64,000 nucleotides of DNA from Octopus vulgaris. Lineage: Eukaryota. Below the pieces are notes generated by a model. It did not search any database, was not told where the DNA came from, and was given only the letters and a program-made list of their open reading frames with translations. Position 1 is the stretch's first letter. Every line of letters starts with the position of its first letter. The position numbers and the translations under genes were made by a program. Of this stretch, positions 1 through 13,788 are shown piece after piece. The DNA lies in the NCBI GenBank assembly GCA_951406725.2, contig OX597824.1, positions 94,054,001-94,118,000 on the forward strand, read 5' to 3'.

Positions 1-367
1 ACCTTCCTTTGGCCAAAAAGGACAGATAATCTTCTTCTGTCGGATAGCTACAGTGGGAAAATATGTGTTGTGGGTCTAACTGTAAGGGCTAAAGTGAAAC
101 ACTTTTCTTTTTGCCTCAGCTCATCGTAGTTTTCAACGTTTCCTTGAAGAAGTGTTCGGTGGAGGAAGAGGTGCTGACCTCCCTTAAATTTATGTAATCG
201 CAAGAAGAGGAAAGACATAAGCAGAGTTCAAAGTGACTGATTTAATATCAGCTGTATGTTTGGAGGCTAAAAATGTCCCTTGGGGGATGGCATTTACTCT
301 TGGTATTCAGATAATTTTGATTGATTCAGGGTGGCGATCCTTTTCTAGGGACGTAATAGAACTTACT

Positions 368-611
368 GCGAGCTGGCAGAATCGTTAGCACGCCGGGCGA
401 AATGCTTAGCAGTATTTCGTCTGCCCCTACATTCTGAGTTCAAATTCCGCCGTGATCGACTTTGCCTTTCATCCTTCCGGGGTCGATTAAATAAGTACCA
501 GTTACGCACTGGGGTCGCTTGAATCGATTTAATCTCCTCCCCAATGCTGCCCTTGTGGCAAAATTTGAAATCATTGTTAGTATTATTATCATCATCATCA
601 TTATTATTATT

Positions 612-653
<42 letters not shown>

Positions 654-875
654 TTAAGGCGGTGAGCTGGTAGAATGGTTAGAACGCAGGACAATGTACT
701 TAGCATCATTTCGTCCGTCTTTACCTTCTGAGTTCAAATGCTGTCAGTATCTACTTTGCTTTTCTTCCTCTCAGAGTCAATGAAATAAGTACCAGTTTCA
801 CACTGGGGTCGATGTAATCGACTCTTTCCCTTCCGCAAAATCTTTCAGGCCTCGTTTCTATGATAGAAAGGATTG
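368..875 (+). mobile_element. Two copies of tRNA-derived SINE family A (368-572 and 657-875) separated by (ATC/ATT)n
   Basis: Head GGCGAGCTGGCAGAATCGTTAGCACGCCGGGCGAAATGCTTAGC with A-box-like and B-box-like (GAGTTCAAATTCC) motifs, then central GCCTTTCATCCTT.CGGGGTCGAT.AAATAAGTACCAG. The family recurs about 20 times in the window. Confidence 0.9.
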
Positions 876-949
876 CTATTATTATCATCATCGTCGTCAT
901 CATCGTCGTCGTCGTCGTCGTCGTTATTGTTGTTGTTGTTGTTGTTGTT

Positions 950-2160
950 CGATTATTGTTATTCCTCCAAGAATTCCAGAATCTCTTCTATAATAAGGAT
1001 TTGATTTTGCTAGTTTCTCGGTTTTGCCTATAAACTGAATATGTTATATCAGAAAATGAAATTGAGAATGGAATGCGTATAAGTACTATTTATCATAAAG
1101 AACCCAATTTATAAAGCATTTAAACTCTTGAGAGAAACCTACCATTTTTATTTTGTAGTTTATCTGTTTTCATTGTGAGGGGAATATTGCTGTTTTAATA
1201 CGCCTAGTAGAATTCCATAATCTATCTGATAGAATTTTCCTGCAAGCCATCCCCTGGTGATTCTTTTAATAAAGAAACTTTTCATATATGTCATGAGTGT
1301 TGCATTGACCTGACGAGTCTGCTGTTCCGTATCTGGTATAGATAAAATAGCAAGAGAATTTAACCTGTAATTTCATGTCGCTATAAATGAAAACCTAATG
1401 TGGATAACGCCGAAGGCTTTTCTCAACAAAATCGCATTTCCACGAAGAACATCGTAGATAAAATACAGTATGAATACATGTATGAATATTAATGTTCTTT
1501 CCATTATTTTGCGGAGATAATACAGACAAAAGATAGGAAAATTAGATTGTTTACGATTCTTTGTTCACACTTCAAATTCTGCTGGGTTTTCATTTGCCAA
1601 TCAACTTAAATAAAACGATTTAAGATGTTCCAGGAATATATGATCTTTTAATAAATTCATTGTAAATTCGTCTTCGGCAAAATTGTTCACGTGAAAAACA
1701 AAGGCCAATCATTTAATTATTATTCTTGTTTTTCATTTAACATTCCGTTGCTATTCCGCTGATGTTGGATATATCGATGCCTCCCGCAGTCTTCGGTAAC
1801 TCGCATTTTGAATAGACCTAACTGTGCCAACTCAAAACAAAAGCTTTCTCTTGGGTTAGGAATTTCACTCCGATATACATCTTCAAATAACAGTATAACA
1901 TTTTTGCCTCTGTCTCTGAAGCTGCCATAGCAACCGGGATAGAAAAATCTACAGCGATTTCAAATCATTCGAATTATATTTTAAGTTCTGTTATATTTTG
2001 TTTTTTTTTAATATTTTTCTCATTTCCGTTCTTCTGTCACTGGTGTAACAAGGAGCATCAATTAAAGGATGTACTCTTTCCTTTGTATTGAGTATATCAA
2101 CGCTTAGGTGTAAATAACCTTTTAAATCACACTAAACAAATGAAACCAGCGTGAAATTAT
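950..2160 (-). pseudogene. Highly decayed non-LTR retrotransposon (LINE) reverse transcriptase remnant
   Basis: Minus-strand translation gives, in the expected order, KDHIFLEHLK (~1620-1650, cf. GPDGI..E.LK), NFPIFCLYYLRKIMER (~1495-1545, cf. NYRPISLL..L.KIMER) and LRKAFGVIH (~1400-1425, cf. DLRKAFD.V.H). There are many stops and frameshifts, and the ends are approximate. Confidence 0.5.
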
Positions 2161-2465
2161 AACTTCATTTGGGATTTGTGGATTGCCTATGTTCAGTCCA
2201 CAGCAGGACGAGGGTCTCAGCCTGTTCTCTCCACCAGCTACGCTCAGACGTGGAGGCCACGAATTTCAACTTGTAACTCATACTGGTTTGATGAGCCTAC
2301 GCTCTCACATCGGCAGATCATGGCTTGGCTGGGGGTTGCAGTTTTTACACTCTTAACCAAAAGTAGTTAAGTCGATTACATCGACCCCAGTTCTCAGCTA
2401 GTACTTATTAAAATTTTTTTTAATTCCTTAACATCTATAACCGATTTCCAACCCATTAAATTCAG

Positions 2466-2790
2466 GAGGGGTGAGAGGAGGAAGAGGGTGGGAATGCAGA
2501 TGTGGAGGAGGTGCAAGAGGTGCATGAGGAGAAGGAGAGGGAGGAGGAGGAGGAAGAGGGGGAAGAGGAGGAGGAGAAGGGGGAGAAGGGGGGAGGAGAA
2601 GGAGGAGGAAGAAGAAGCGGGAGAGGAGGAGGAGAAAGGGTGGAGAATGGGGGAGGAGGGGCAGGAAGAGGAAGTGGAATAGGAGGAGGAGGAGAAGGGG
2701 TGGAGAATGTGGTAGGAGGAGGAGGAAGAAGTGGAAAAGGAGGAGGAGGGGGGAGGAGGAGGACAACAATGACGACGACGACGACGATTC
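2466..2790 (+). repeat. Polypurine (GGA/GAG-rich) low-complexity tract
   Basis: Almost pure G/A sequence with recurring GGGTGGAGAATG units. Confidence 0.9.
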
Positions 2791-3132
2791 TTGATGAGAG
2801 ACAAGCTTGGTTTCTTAAGGCTGCAAACCTCTGTTGATAAATTCGTTTCTGAAATCGTCCGCATCCTGCCGTTCTAGCGCAGCCTATCCTTAACCGACTT
2901 GAGGACACACGGCCTATCCTTAACTGACTTGATGACTAACAACAGCTTCAAAGGTGTTGCGACATTCGAGACCGGTTACTACCACGGCTCTGCTTTGGCG
3001 TTCATTATTTGACACTCACCTGTAAGATTAAGTTTTAAGAATATAGAATTTCATTTTGGTTTACACTTGGACAACGTTTTATTTAAACTGTTCTAACGTT
3101 TATGATTATAAATAATTTTGTTTATTGATTGG

Positions 3133-3615
3133 AGTGTGTGTGTGTGTGTGTTTGTGTGTAAGTTTGTGTGTGTGTGTGTGTGTGTTTCATTGGTGCGTGT
3201 GTGTGTGTGTGTGTGTGCGTTTCTGTGCGTGTGTGTGTGTATGCTTGTGTGTGTTTGAGTGTGTGTGTGTTTGTGTATGTGGGTTTGTGTGTGTTTGAGT
3301 GTGTATTTGTGCGTTGTATGTTTCTGTGTGTGTTTGTGTGTGTTTTTCTATGTGTTTGTTTGTAAGTGTGCGTGCATTTGTATGTATGTTTGTGTGTGTG
3401 TATATGTGTGTTTGAGTGTATGTATGTCTGTGTGTGTTTTTCTATGTGTTTGTGAGTGTGTATGTGCATTTGTATGTATGTTTGTGTGTGTGTGTTTGTT
3501 TGAGTGTATGTATGTGTGTTTTTGCGTGTTTGAGTGTTGTGTGTATGTGTGTATGTGTATGCGTGTGTTTGTATGTTTGTGTGTGTGGCATGTGTGTGTA
3601 GCGTGTGTGTGTGCA
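3133..3615. repeat. Degenerate (GT)n/(GTTT)/(GTAT) microsatellite
   Basis: Directly visible. Confidence 0.95.
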
Positions 3616-4044
3616 TTGTTTATTTTATTGATTCAGGGAATACATATTTTGAATAATTTATTAGGGTTTGAATAATTTATTGGGAGTTTGAGGGTTCATA
3701 AATTATAGGGATATTTTAAAGGTTTATCATATTGCTTCTGTTTTTGTTTTTTAATTGGAAGCAAACGTAGAAGCTATGATTTTGGTTTTCTGGCTTCTGT
3801 GCACGGAAATAATCTCATCACAGTTTAAATTTCCTCTTTAGGAATACTCCCAGATCTTACACACCACACTTAGTTTTACCAGAGTAAAATGTCATCTTCA
3901 TCAACCCAGTCATTTTGATGATATTAAATTAAATCTCCTGGCAGCAAGTCTTTCTCCATTTGTTAATCCTTTCCTCTGAATATATCACCATTCGCTTAAG
4001 CGTACACTCGTCCACCATATATATATGTATATATATATCTATAT

Positions 4045-4325
4045 GTTTCAACGAAGTCGTGTCTCGCCTTTACCTTCGAAACACGGAGTAGACGAAGCAG
4101 AGGCGGCTGAGGAAGGGGAATTTTCCTTGTGTAGTGTGTCTTGTACTTGTTTTTTTGTTGTTTGAAAAAATGTCCGTTTCCATGGTTTTGTTTTTATGTT
4201 TTTGCTTCTCATTGTGTTCGACGTTTTTTGATGTCCTGTACTCATATATGCATGCATATATACATATAGATGTAGGTATGTACATATATGTATGTATATA
4301 TGCATATGTTTTATTTATCATTTTG
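4045..4325 (+). mobile_element. Short non-coding repeat in TA-rich microsatellite (family P1; Penelope-like terminal fragment suspected)
   Basis: Clearly homologous to the reverse complement of 34360-34600, and more distantly to 40523-40820. Contains GAAA (4078) followed by CTGAGGA (4107). Confidence 0.6.
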
Positions 4326-4332
4326 TTATTAT

Positions 4333-4378
<46 letters not shown>

Positions 4379-4391
4379 TGAGATATATATG

Positions 4392-4459
<68 letters not shown>

Positions 4460-5187
4460 TATATACACACATATATATATATCCTTAAGTAACTTAACGG
4501 TTCGGCAAAAGAATTTGATAGAATAAGTACCAACACTACAGAAAAAATAAGTAGTTCTGAGTTCGCTTTGTTCAACTTGTTTAACTACACCTTTCAAGGT
4601 GATGCCCCAGCATGACAGCAATCCAGACAAACTACCAAACGATTAATTTTAAAAGTACCAATAAATAAAGACCTTTTCCTCTTCAAACCAACGGTTCAAC
4701 ATTTTAACATTGTTTAACATTGAATAAAAATTTCACCCCTTTACATCTATCTCTGTAATATGTTTACGGCCTGATAAACAACATTAAGCTGCTTTCTCTT
4801 CTCTCTTGACATTCACGCCCGCCTACCTATTTCCATAGTTTTTCACATTTAAACATTTTAGCATAAACAAGTCCGACCATAGTCTCCATCAATTATCTTT
4901 GGCGTTCAATCCTCAGCCATACGCATCATTGTATCGTGACCTCCTTTCTAAAATATTTAAAGACCAGACTGTTTCTTCCGAACTTTGCCCCTCTCAACAC
5001 CGTTTCTGTCAATTATCTCTGTTTCACTCATCAATTACGCTTCGTACGTTCAATCTAACCTCTCACCTAATCGCTAACCTATTGACTACAAACGGAAAAC
5101 TCAAAAGACCAGATCTACAATAATTGTTCTTTTCTTGGATTTCATAAATTGAAAAGTACCATAATCAATTCAATATGGCTGCACACG

Positions 5188-5351
5188 TAGGTGCAGTAGT
5201 GGCTGTGCGGTTAGAAGCTTGCTTTCCGACCACATGGTTCCGAGTTCAGTCCCATTGCGTGGAACCTTCGGCAAGTATCTTCTTGAATAACCTTGGGCTG
5301 ACCAAGCCTTGTGAGTGGATTAGGTAGAAGAAAACTGAGAGAAGCCCATCG

Positions 5352-5417
<66 letters not shown>

Positions 5418-5637
5418 TGCGTGTGTGTGTATGTATGTATATGTTTGTGTGTCTGTGATTGTCCCTTCAACATCACTTGACAACCGATGTTGGTGTGTTT
5501 ACGTCCCCGTAACTTAGATGTTCGTACCTGGCTCACAAAGAACAAGTCCTGAGGTCGATTTCTTCGATTAAAGGCGGGGCTCCAGCATGGCTGCAGTCAA
5601 ATGACTGAAACAAGTAAAGAAATAAAAGAATTAAAGA
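5188..5637 (+). mobile_element. Full-length tRNA-derived SINE family B (CORE-like central region, internal (TA)n/(TG)n)
   Basis: Head GGTGCAGTAGTGGCTGTGCGGTTAGAAGCT..GAGTTCAGTCCC, CORE/MIR-like CCTT(G)GGCAAGT, internal microsatellite, and tail CAGTCAAATGACTGAAACAAGTAAA. Matches 36188-36607 and 59879-60312. Confidence 0.9.
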
Positions 5638-6168
5638 GTATATGTAATACGTGTGCGCGCGGATAGTTCAACATTTGTAATGGTTGGCTAAGATAATTAT
5701 GATAATTATGAAATTAATTAGTCCCCTTATAAGTTGCATCCCTGATTTTTGCTAGTCATCGTGTCCATAAATATAATTCACGAATAATAGTAAAAGGGTA
5801 CGGGTGTAAGTCTTTGTTATGCGTTAATATATACATACGTACACACGCACATAAAAGTGTGTGCCTATATATGTATATGTATGTACGTTTGTATGTATGT
5901 ATGTATGTATGTATGTATGTATGTATGTATGTATGTATGTATGTGTTTAAGTATTTCTCCTCTATTTTTTAATTATTATAAATCTTCCACTGAGAAGGAA
6001 GCCGGTTTGCAACAAAGATACAAGGCTCCATTTTGGGGATGTAGTTAACACAGAGAAATTCACATTTGCAACTTGAGAAAAGTCTTGCATATTTTTACTG
6101 TTCCACTCACAGATTGCACTTGTAATGTATGAATTAGCCGGTCGATCTCTCTAGATAGACAGACAGAC

Positions 6169-6262
<94 letters not shown>

Positions 6263-6289
6263 CACATTTGTTGCAATATAATGCTCTGC

Positions 6290-7510
6290 GACTGAGGTGT
6301 TTTCCCTTCTGCAAAAGGCACCATTAGGCAACCCAGATATCTTTAGGAAGAAACTCCATTTCCGCTCCTTATTCGTGATCGTTCTCTTTCTAACATTCCC
6401 CAATATTCTCGACCACAATCGAGAACTAAAGATAACAAGTTTGACCTTTTCATCAACGTCTCCTCTTCTAAAAGATCGAATGATTGAGCCGGTTCATAAC
6501 TGCTCCAGTATCAACAGGTTTATCATCCTGCCCCACATCACCCATAAATACAGTCCTGAGATACTTTTTAACTTCTCCATTCGTTTCAGTAATGTTTCAC
6601 TAGCATGCTGAGTGCAAGGAAATTCGTACAGGAGGTTTTACGATAATCTTAAATCGCTCTTTAATCCCAAACTCCTATTTCTTTACTACCCACAAGGGGC
6701 TACACACAGAGAGGACAAACAAAGACAGACAAACGGATTAAGTCGATTATATCGACCCCAGTGCGTAACTGGTACTTATTTAATCGACCCCGAAAGGATG
6801 AAAGGCAAAGTCGGCCTCGGTGGAATTTGAACCCAGTACGTAGCGTCAGACGAAATACCTATTTCTTTACTACCCACAAGGGGCTGAACACAGAGGGGAC
6901 AAACAAGGACAGACAAACGGATTAAGTCGATTATATCGACCCCAGTGCGTAACTGGTACTTATTTAATCGACCCCAAAAGGATGAAAGGCAAAGTCGACC
7001 TCGGCGAAATTCGAACTCAGAACGTAGCGGCAGACGAAATACCGCTAAGCATTTTGCCCGGCGTGCTAACGAATCTGCCAGCTCTCCGCCTTTAATCCCA
7101 AACTCCTGCAAAACATCCCACTATCACTCGGCAGTGACGCCATTCAGTTTAAGAAACCCGAGGCCATATTCATGAGTGACGTGAAGCAAGATGCTAGTGT
7201 TGTGGGTGGTAGCGCAGTAATCAACCAACACTTGCATTTGATCTTTAGAAGAGGAGGTGATAAAAAGGTTAAGCTCTCTATCTTCTGATGAGCCAAGTAG
7301 CGCCATGTCGTCTACAAACATCACTCGATCAATTCTTCCCCCACCGATTGTGATGTCACTTCCTCTAAAACAACACCATGATAGCTGCCCTTTTCCTTTT
7401 TACTAAGCCATACAAAACTCCCTAGGTCTCCCTCGAATTATTAGATGTGTTTATGAACCTCTTCGGGTCTCAAGTCCTTGTTAAAGGGTTGCCTGTGATG
7501 TCTGACATAT
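6290..7510 (-). pseudogene. Decayed LINE (RTE-like) reverse transcriptase fragment interrupted by a SINE
   Basis: ORF 7124-7324 begins MMFVDDMALLGSSED (cf. LFADD.AL.A.SE, catalytic motif C). Downstream EVKKYLRTVF (~6550-6580) resembles the F.YLGS.F motif. Confidence 0.55.
6677..7090 (-). mobile_element. SINE family A dimer with 17-bp target site duplication
   Basis: Two ~180-bp units joined at 6859/6860. TTTAATCCCAAACTCCT occurs at 6660-6676 and 7091-7107. Confidence 0.93.
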
Positions 7511-7799
7511 AACGGTTTAAGAGACGCTAAACTAGCGAGGCACGAGATAGAAGAAAGGCCTGCTGCTCACAACAAGAAGACAAAGAATCAAAACTAGACG
7601 GAACAAAGCTAAAAACCTAATTTCTAAAACCGAAAAGAAATAAAGGACGGACAGGGTTATTTGAGTTTGATAACGTTGATGTCTTTCAAACGAGATGAAG
7701 GTTTTTTTTTTTTTTTTTTTTTTGTCTTTTCAGCAGAATAATGAAAGGTAAAAAGATCGGACAGACAAATGAGTTCTTTAAGGGATAACAACATTATAG

Positions 7800-7880
7800 G
7801 TGTTGTTGTTGTTGTCGTTGTTGTTGATGTTATTTTCATCATCAACACCATAATTATTATCGTTGTAATTATTATTATTA

Positions 7881-7941
<61 letters not shown>

Positions 7942-8140
7942 TATTATTATTATCATCATTATCGTTATCATTATTATTGTTGTTGTTGTTATTATTATTA
8001 TCATTATCGTTATTATTATTGTTGTTGTTATTATTATTATTAATATAATTATCATTATTAATATTACTACCATTATTAATGTTTGTTGTTGTTGTTACAA
8101 CACTATGTAGCAAAAGTGCTACTCCTACTACTACTACTAC

Positions 8141-8174
<34 letters not shown>

Positions 8175-8218
8175 GGTGGTGGTGGTGGTGGTGGTGGTTG
8201 TGGTGGTGGTTGTGGTAT

Positions 8219-8257
<39 letters not shown>

Positions 8258-8270
8258 CAGCAGCAGCAGC
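7800..8270. repeat. Compound trinucleotide microsatellite (GTT/ATT/AGT/GGT/AGC)
   Basis: Directly visible; source of the poly-N/I/G/S ORFs. Confidence 0.95.
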
Positions 8271-8594
8271 ATTTCATTATTGCCTCGCCTTGCTTCGCTT
8301 TGGCTTGCCTTGGTCTCGGTTCTATTCGGAGAGGTGGTGGCACCGGTGGTGGCGGAGGTGGGGGGGACGGGTCTGGCGGGTGAAAAACTTGGGAGATTGA
8401 CTGGATGCAATGAAGCGTTTTAAATTGCAGTTGAGGTTGTAATTATGGCAGAATCAAAGAACTCTTTAGTGTTAGGAGGTTTATTGAACCACTTCTCTAT
8501 GGCAAATGACTTAATTCCTTTCTTCCTTTCTTTCTTTTCCTTCTCTATGTATCTTGGTATATCTCAAGCAAAGCACACGCGTGTGCATATGCGG

Positions 8595-9385
<791 letters not shown>

Positions 9386-10921
9386 CTATGCTATGTGTTC
9401 CATAGTCGTATATCTAATAATATAAAAGACCGCGCACGTCTTCATGTTAGCTTCTCAAATACAAGGGAAATAATTCTATCATTACCTCCGTCCTCTTGAT
9501 GCTGTATGAATGTACCGATTCTCTCGCTTTCCATTTCTCTGCCCCCCTCTCTCTATTTCTCTCTCTCTCTCTCTCTACGTGTACATTTATATGTCTGTCT
9601 ACCTTTCTATATTAATCTTTCTCTGCTTTTCTCCCTATCTCTGTGACTTTCTGTTCACATGTATGCACACATTATAGCAAATAATGTCATACTATACATA
9701 CGTGTGTGCGTATGTGTATGTGTATGTGTGTGTGTGTGTAAATATATATGTGTGTATGTGTGTATAAATAAGTGTGTGTGTGTATGTGTGTGTACATACA
9801 TATGCTGCGTTGACTGTCTCTGAATATGTCCGCATCGAGATGTGTGTTTGCTCCTCTGGGCGCATGCGTGTTAGTTACGTGTTGCTTGTTTGCTGTGTGT
9901 GTGTGGCTTTGTGCTTTGTGGTTTTTCGTGCAACGAATGCACAATATGAACGAATGCAAACGTATGTGTGTGTGTGTGCGTGTGTGTGTGTGTACAAGTA
10001 TGCTCATCTGTATATGTATAAAACCCTATTTTACACGCTCCGCTGGTTTCTAATATTAGCAAACTAGAAGGATTAAGCAAACACGGTTTTGAGAACATAT
10101 TTTCTTTCGTTCAGTTTTCGTCCAATTTGTCAAATACTTCATTTCATTCTATAAACTGTTTTTCTTTCATCCTTTTAATTTCATTCCGTCATTTTCTTCC
10201 TTCACTTACGTCTTTCTTCCTTCTTCATTCATTTTCATTTCATTCCATTCACCCACTTATATATTTTTTTTTTTCATGTATTTATTTATTTATTAACTGC
10301 GGCTAGAGCAAAAATAAATAAAAAGAAGAAAACAAAAGAAGGAGGACATTTCTTCTACCATAGCAATATTCAGCTGACTGTAAATTGCTTTTAATTAATT
10401 ACATTTCGAAATCAATGCTTTTGACCTTTGCCACGGGTCATCAGATATTAATCGCTTGGCTAAAAACACCCGATTAAGATGAAATGAAAAATAAAGAACA
10501 CACCGACGCACGCGCGACCACACGCGCTCACACACGCATACCAGAACATAACATTTATACGTATGTGTGTACTGCGTGTGTGTGTGTGCGTGGATACTAC
10601 AGATATAGATATATATATATATTTATATATATATATATTACAATAAATACAACCAACAATAATCATCAAAAACCATTCCGGCCTTTTCACTCCACTTCAA
10701 AACCCTTTTTCTTTTTGGATTTCATTCCTCGTCACCTACATCAATTTCTTGCTCTTTCTCTCTCTCTTTCACTTCATATTGGCCCTCACTCTTTCTCACA
10801 TACATTCTCTCTGTCTGTCTGTCTCTCTCTCTCTCTCTTCGATCTGTCTCTCTTTCAATCTATCTATCTATCTATCTACTTCTCCCTGCTCTATTTCTCT
10901 GGCTTTCTCCCACTCTTTTTC

Positions 10922-10970
<49 letters not shown>

Positions 10971-11470
10971 CTCTTCTCTTTTCTCTCCTCCTACAACTTT
11001 CACATCTTTGATATATCCATCACATCACATTCCCTCGTTTATCCCCCATTTTTCCTCTCAATGTCACTCCCCCTCCTACCGCTCTTTAGTTAGTCATTGT
11101 ATCACATACCTCTCCCTTCCACTCTCTCTCTCACACTTTCTTTCTTTCTTATTTCCTCTCTACCTTTCTCTCCCCCTCCATCGTTTCATATCTTGTTTGT
11201 CTTCTCCAACGTCAGAAACATCAAGCTTTACCATCACTCACTAAATACAAGTGCAAAACCAGAGTTTCAATGCTTCTCGTTTTCCTATTTTTAAAATTCT
11301 TTTTTCCTTTTATATCTCCATCGTTTTCCGTATCCATATCTCTAGCTGAATCGCTTAAATTAATTTGCTCTGCTTGCACAAAATCATAATTAATTAGTAA
11401 CTGCTGTCGTTGCATTCACTTTTGTTGTTTGACCTCAAATCGGTGCTACCCAACAAGACCTACATATATA

Positions 11471-12060
11471 TTTCTTTATTGCCCACAAGGGGCTAAACAT
11501 AGAGGGGACAAACAAGGACAGACAAAGGGATTACAAGTGCAAAACCAGAGTTTCAATGCTGCTACGTTCTGAGTTCAAATTCCACCGAGGTCAACTTTGT
11601 CTTTCATCCTTTCGGGGTCGATTAAATAAGTACCAGTTACGCACTGGAGTCGATATAATCGACTTAATCCGTTTGTCTGTCCTTGTTTGTCCTCTCTGTG
11701 TTTAGCCCCTTGTGGGTATTAAAGAAATAGGTATTTCGTCTGTTTTTACGTTCTGAGTTCAAATTCCTCCGAGGTCAACTTTGCCTTTCATCATTTCGGG
11801 GTCGATTAAATAAGTACCAGTTACGCACTGGGATCGATATAATCGACTTAATACGTTTGTCTGTCCTTGTTTGTTCTCTCTGTGTTTAGCCCCTTGTGGA
11901 TAGTAAAGAAATTTCGTCTGTCTTTACGTTCTGAGTTCAAATTCCGCCGAGGTCGACTTTGCCTTTCATCCTTTCGAAGTCGATAAATTAAGTACCAGCT
12001 GCGTACTGGGGTCGATCTAATTGACTGGACCGCTCCCCAATAACTTCGTAGAAAAGAATA
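11471..12060 (+). mobile_element. SINE family A trimer (11561-12060) preceded by an inverted 3' tail fragment (11471-11532)
   Basis: Three tandem units with junctions at 11729/11730 and ~11912. The tail fragment upstream is in reverse orientation. Confidence 0.9.
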
Positions 12061-12071
12061 TATATATATAT

Positions 12072-12279
12072 TATCAATAATAAAAGGGTAAAATCAATTA
12101 ATTATTAATTAATTTCACCAAGTAGTGTTCAGTATGTAAAAGAACCATTCAAGGTATATTCAATATATTACGTTATATAATTAGGGCTCAGTAAAATAAT
12201 TTACTTTACCACATCACATACTGAAACCACATACTGAAAAGTTTCAGTATGTAGTAAAGTAAATTATTTTACTGAGCCC

Positions 12280-12289
<10 letters not shown>
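12072..12289. mobile_element. TA-embedded repeat with terminal inverted duplication (family P2; Penelope-like suspected)
   Basis: Arms 12174-~12214 and ~12249-12289 are near-perfect inverted repeats. The body matches the reverse complement of 31120-31270. (TA)n on both sides. Confidence 0.65.
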
Positions 12290-12352
<63 letters not shown>

Positions 12353-12417
12353 CTGGTAGAGTTAATCCTAAAATAATTGATTCATAATAATAACAAATAT
12401 TATGATAAACATTAACG

Positions 12418-12572
12418 GTCGCTGTGAGGTAAACAGTTTGTTTCCCAACCACGTGATTCAGGGTTCAGTCCCACTGCATGTCACGTTGGGCAAGTGTCTT
12501 CTACTATAACCTCGAGTTGACAAAATTCTTGTGAATGGATTTGGTAGACGAATAACTGAAAAAGGCCCGTCG

Positions 12573-12624
<52 letters not shown>

Positions 12625-12860
12625 TATGTATATATATATATGTGGTGGAGTGTTTATCTTTGTGTTTGTCCCCTACAACGCTTCATCACCGTTGTTGCTG
12701 TGTTGACATCCCCGTAACTTAGCAGTTCTGATAAACAGACCGATGGAAGAAGTACCACGCTTTGCAAAAATGCACTTTGTCGATTCATTCGACTAAAAAG
12801 TCATGAAAACAGAGCCCCAGAATGGCCGCAGTCTAATGACTGAAACAGGTAAAACATAAA
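12418..12860 (+). mobile_element. SINE family B, diverged full-length copy
   Basis: Same head, CORE-like region, internal (TA)n and tail as 5188-5637. Confidence 0.85.
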
Positions 12861-13788
12861 AATGACAAATATTTATAACATTCATTGCAAGGAATTGTTT
12901 AATCTTTCTACCGACACGTGATCAATTCTATTAATTTCCAACAACAGAATAATAAAATCGTACTTTCCCAAAAGCATTCGCTGACTGATTGATATCGCAT
13001 CGACCTAGAAACGAAACTGAGTTCACAGCACTGGTTCAACTAGGTGGTTGTGAGGTGAAATTAAGTCCGTTTCCTTCCGTACACGCGTTCTATTCGTGTT
13101 ATCTTAGCTTCAAAAGGAAAAAAAAACCCACAACACCCACACACAGAACTCAAGTCGCTTGTATTTTCACTTTGTAAGTTCGTGTCTCATATCGCCATCT
13201 TTTCACAAATCCTTTTTTTCTCTCTTATCACCATTTTTTAAAATTCAATACTTAGCATTCCTCCTGACAATAATCTTTCAAAATTTCCCTCAATTCGCAT
13301 CAATTAACGTCATTTATATTTACTTATTTATTTCTATTATTTAAATTTCTTCATCTGCGCTACATTTCTTCATCACTTTATAGTATTTTATTTCCATCGT
13401 ATATCTTACATTATTTCGTTTTTTTCACATTTACATTTCGATTCCTTCCATTTTTTTTTAATTTTTACTTATCTATATTTCGGTAACGTAACCTAAAATT
13501 CCCACCTTTTCATCTTATACTTGCTTCCTCATTGCCCTATTCTTATCTTCACATCTTAATTCTTCTGTTTTTTTACTGCTGCTTAGAACCTCTTTATATT
13601 TACCTCAATTTTTGTCACATCGTTTCGTTCGTTATTTCATTTTTTATATCCACAATTCATAGAAAGTAAAAAGTAACCGTGTTGAAAACTTGTCATACAC
13701 TTCTGCTTCAATAAAAATCAAACACTAAATAGATCTTCCCTGTTTTTTTTTTTGTTTTTTTTTTTCACTCTTAATATTTCGGTTGTGT

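Noticed and set aside
200-360. Possible RNase H remnant on minus (IKII*IPRVNAIP)
   Set aside because: Only a weak resemblance to WIPSHVGI; too degraded to call, though it may belong to the neighbouring LINE remnant.
2882-2932. 21-bp direct repeat GCCTATCCTTAAC.GACTTGA twice
   Set aside because: A simple local tandem duplication with only two units.
7778-8423. ORFs with poly-G/S/P/N resembling a transcription-factor low-complexity region
   Set aside because: Mostly trinucleotide repeats, with no recognisable domain or convincing splice signals.
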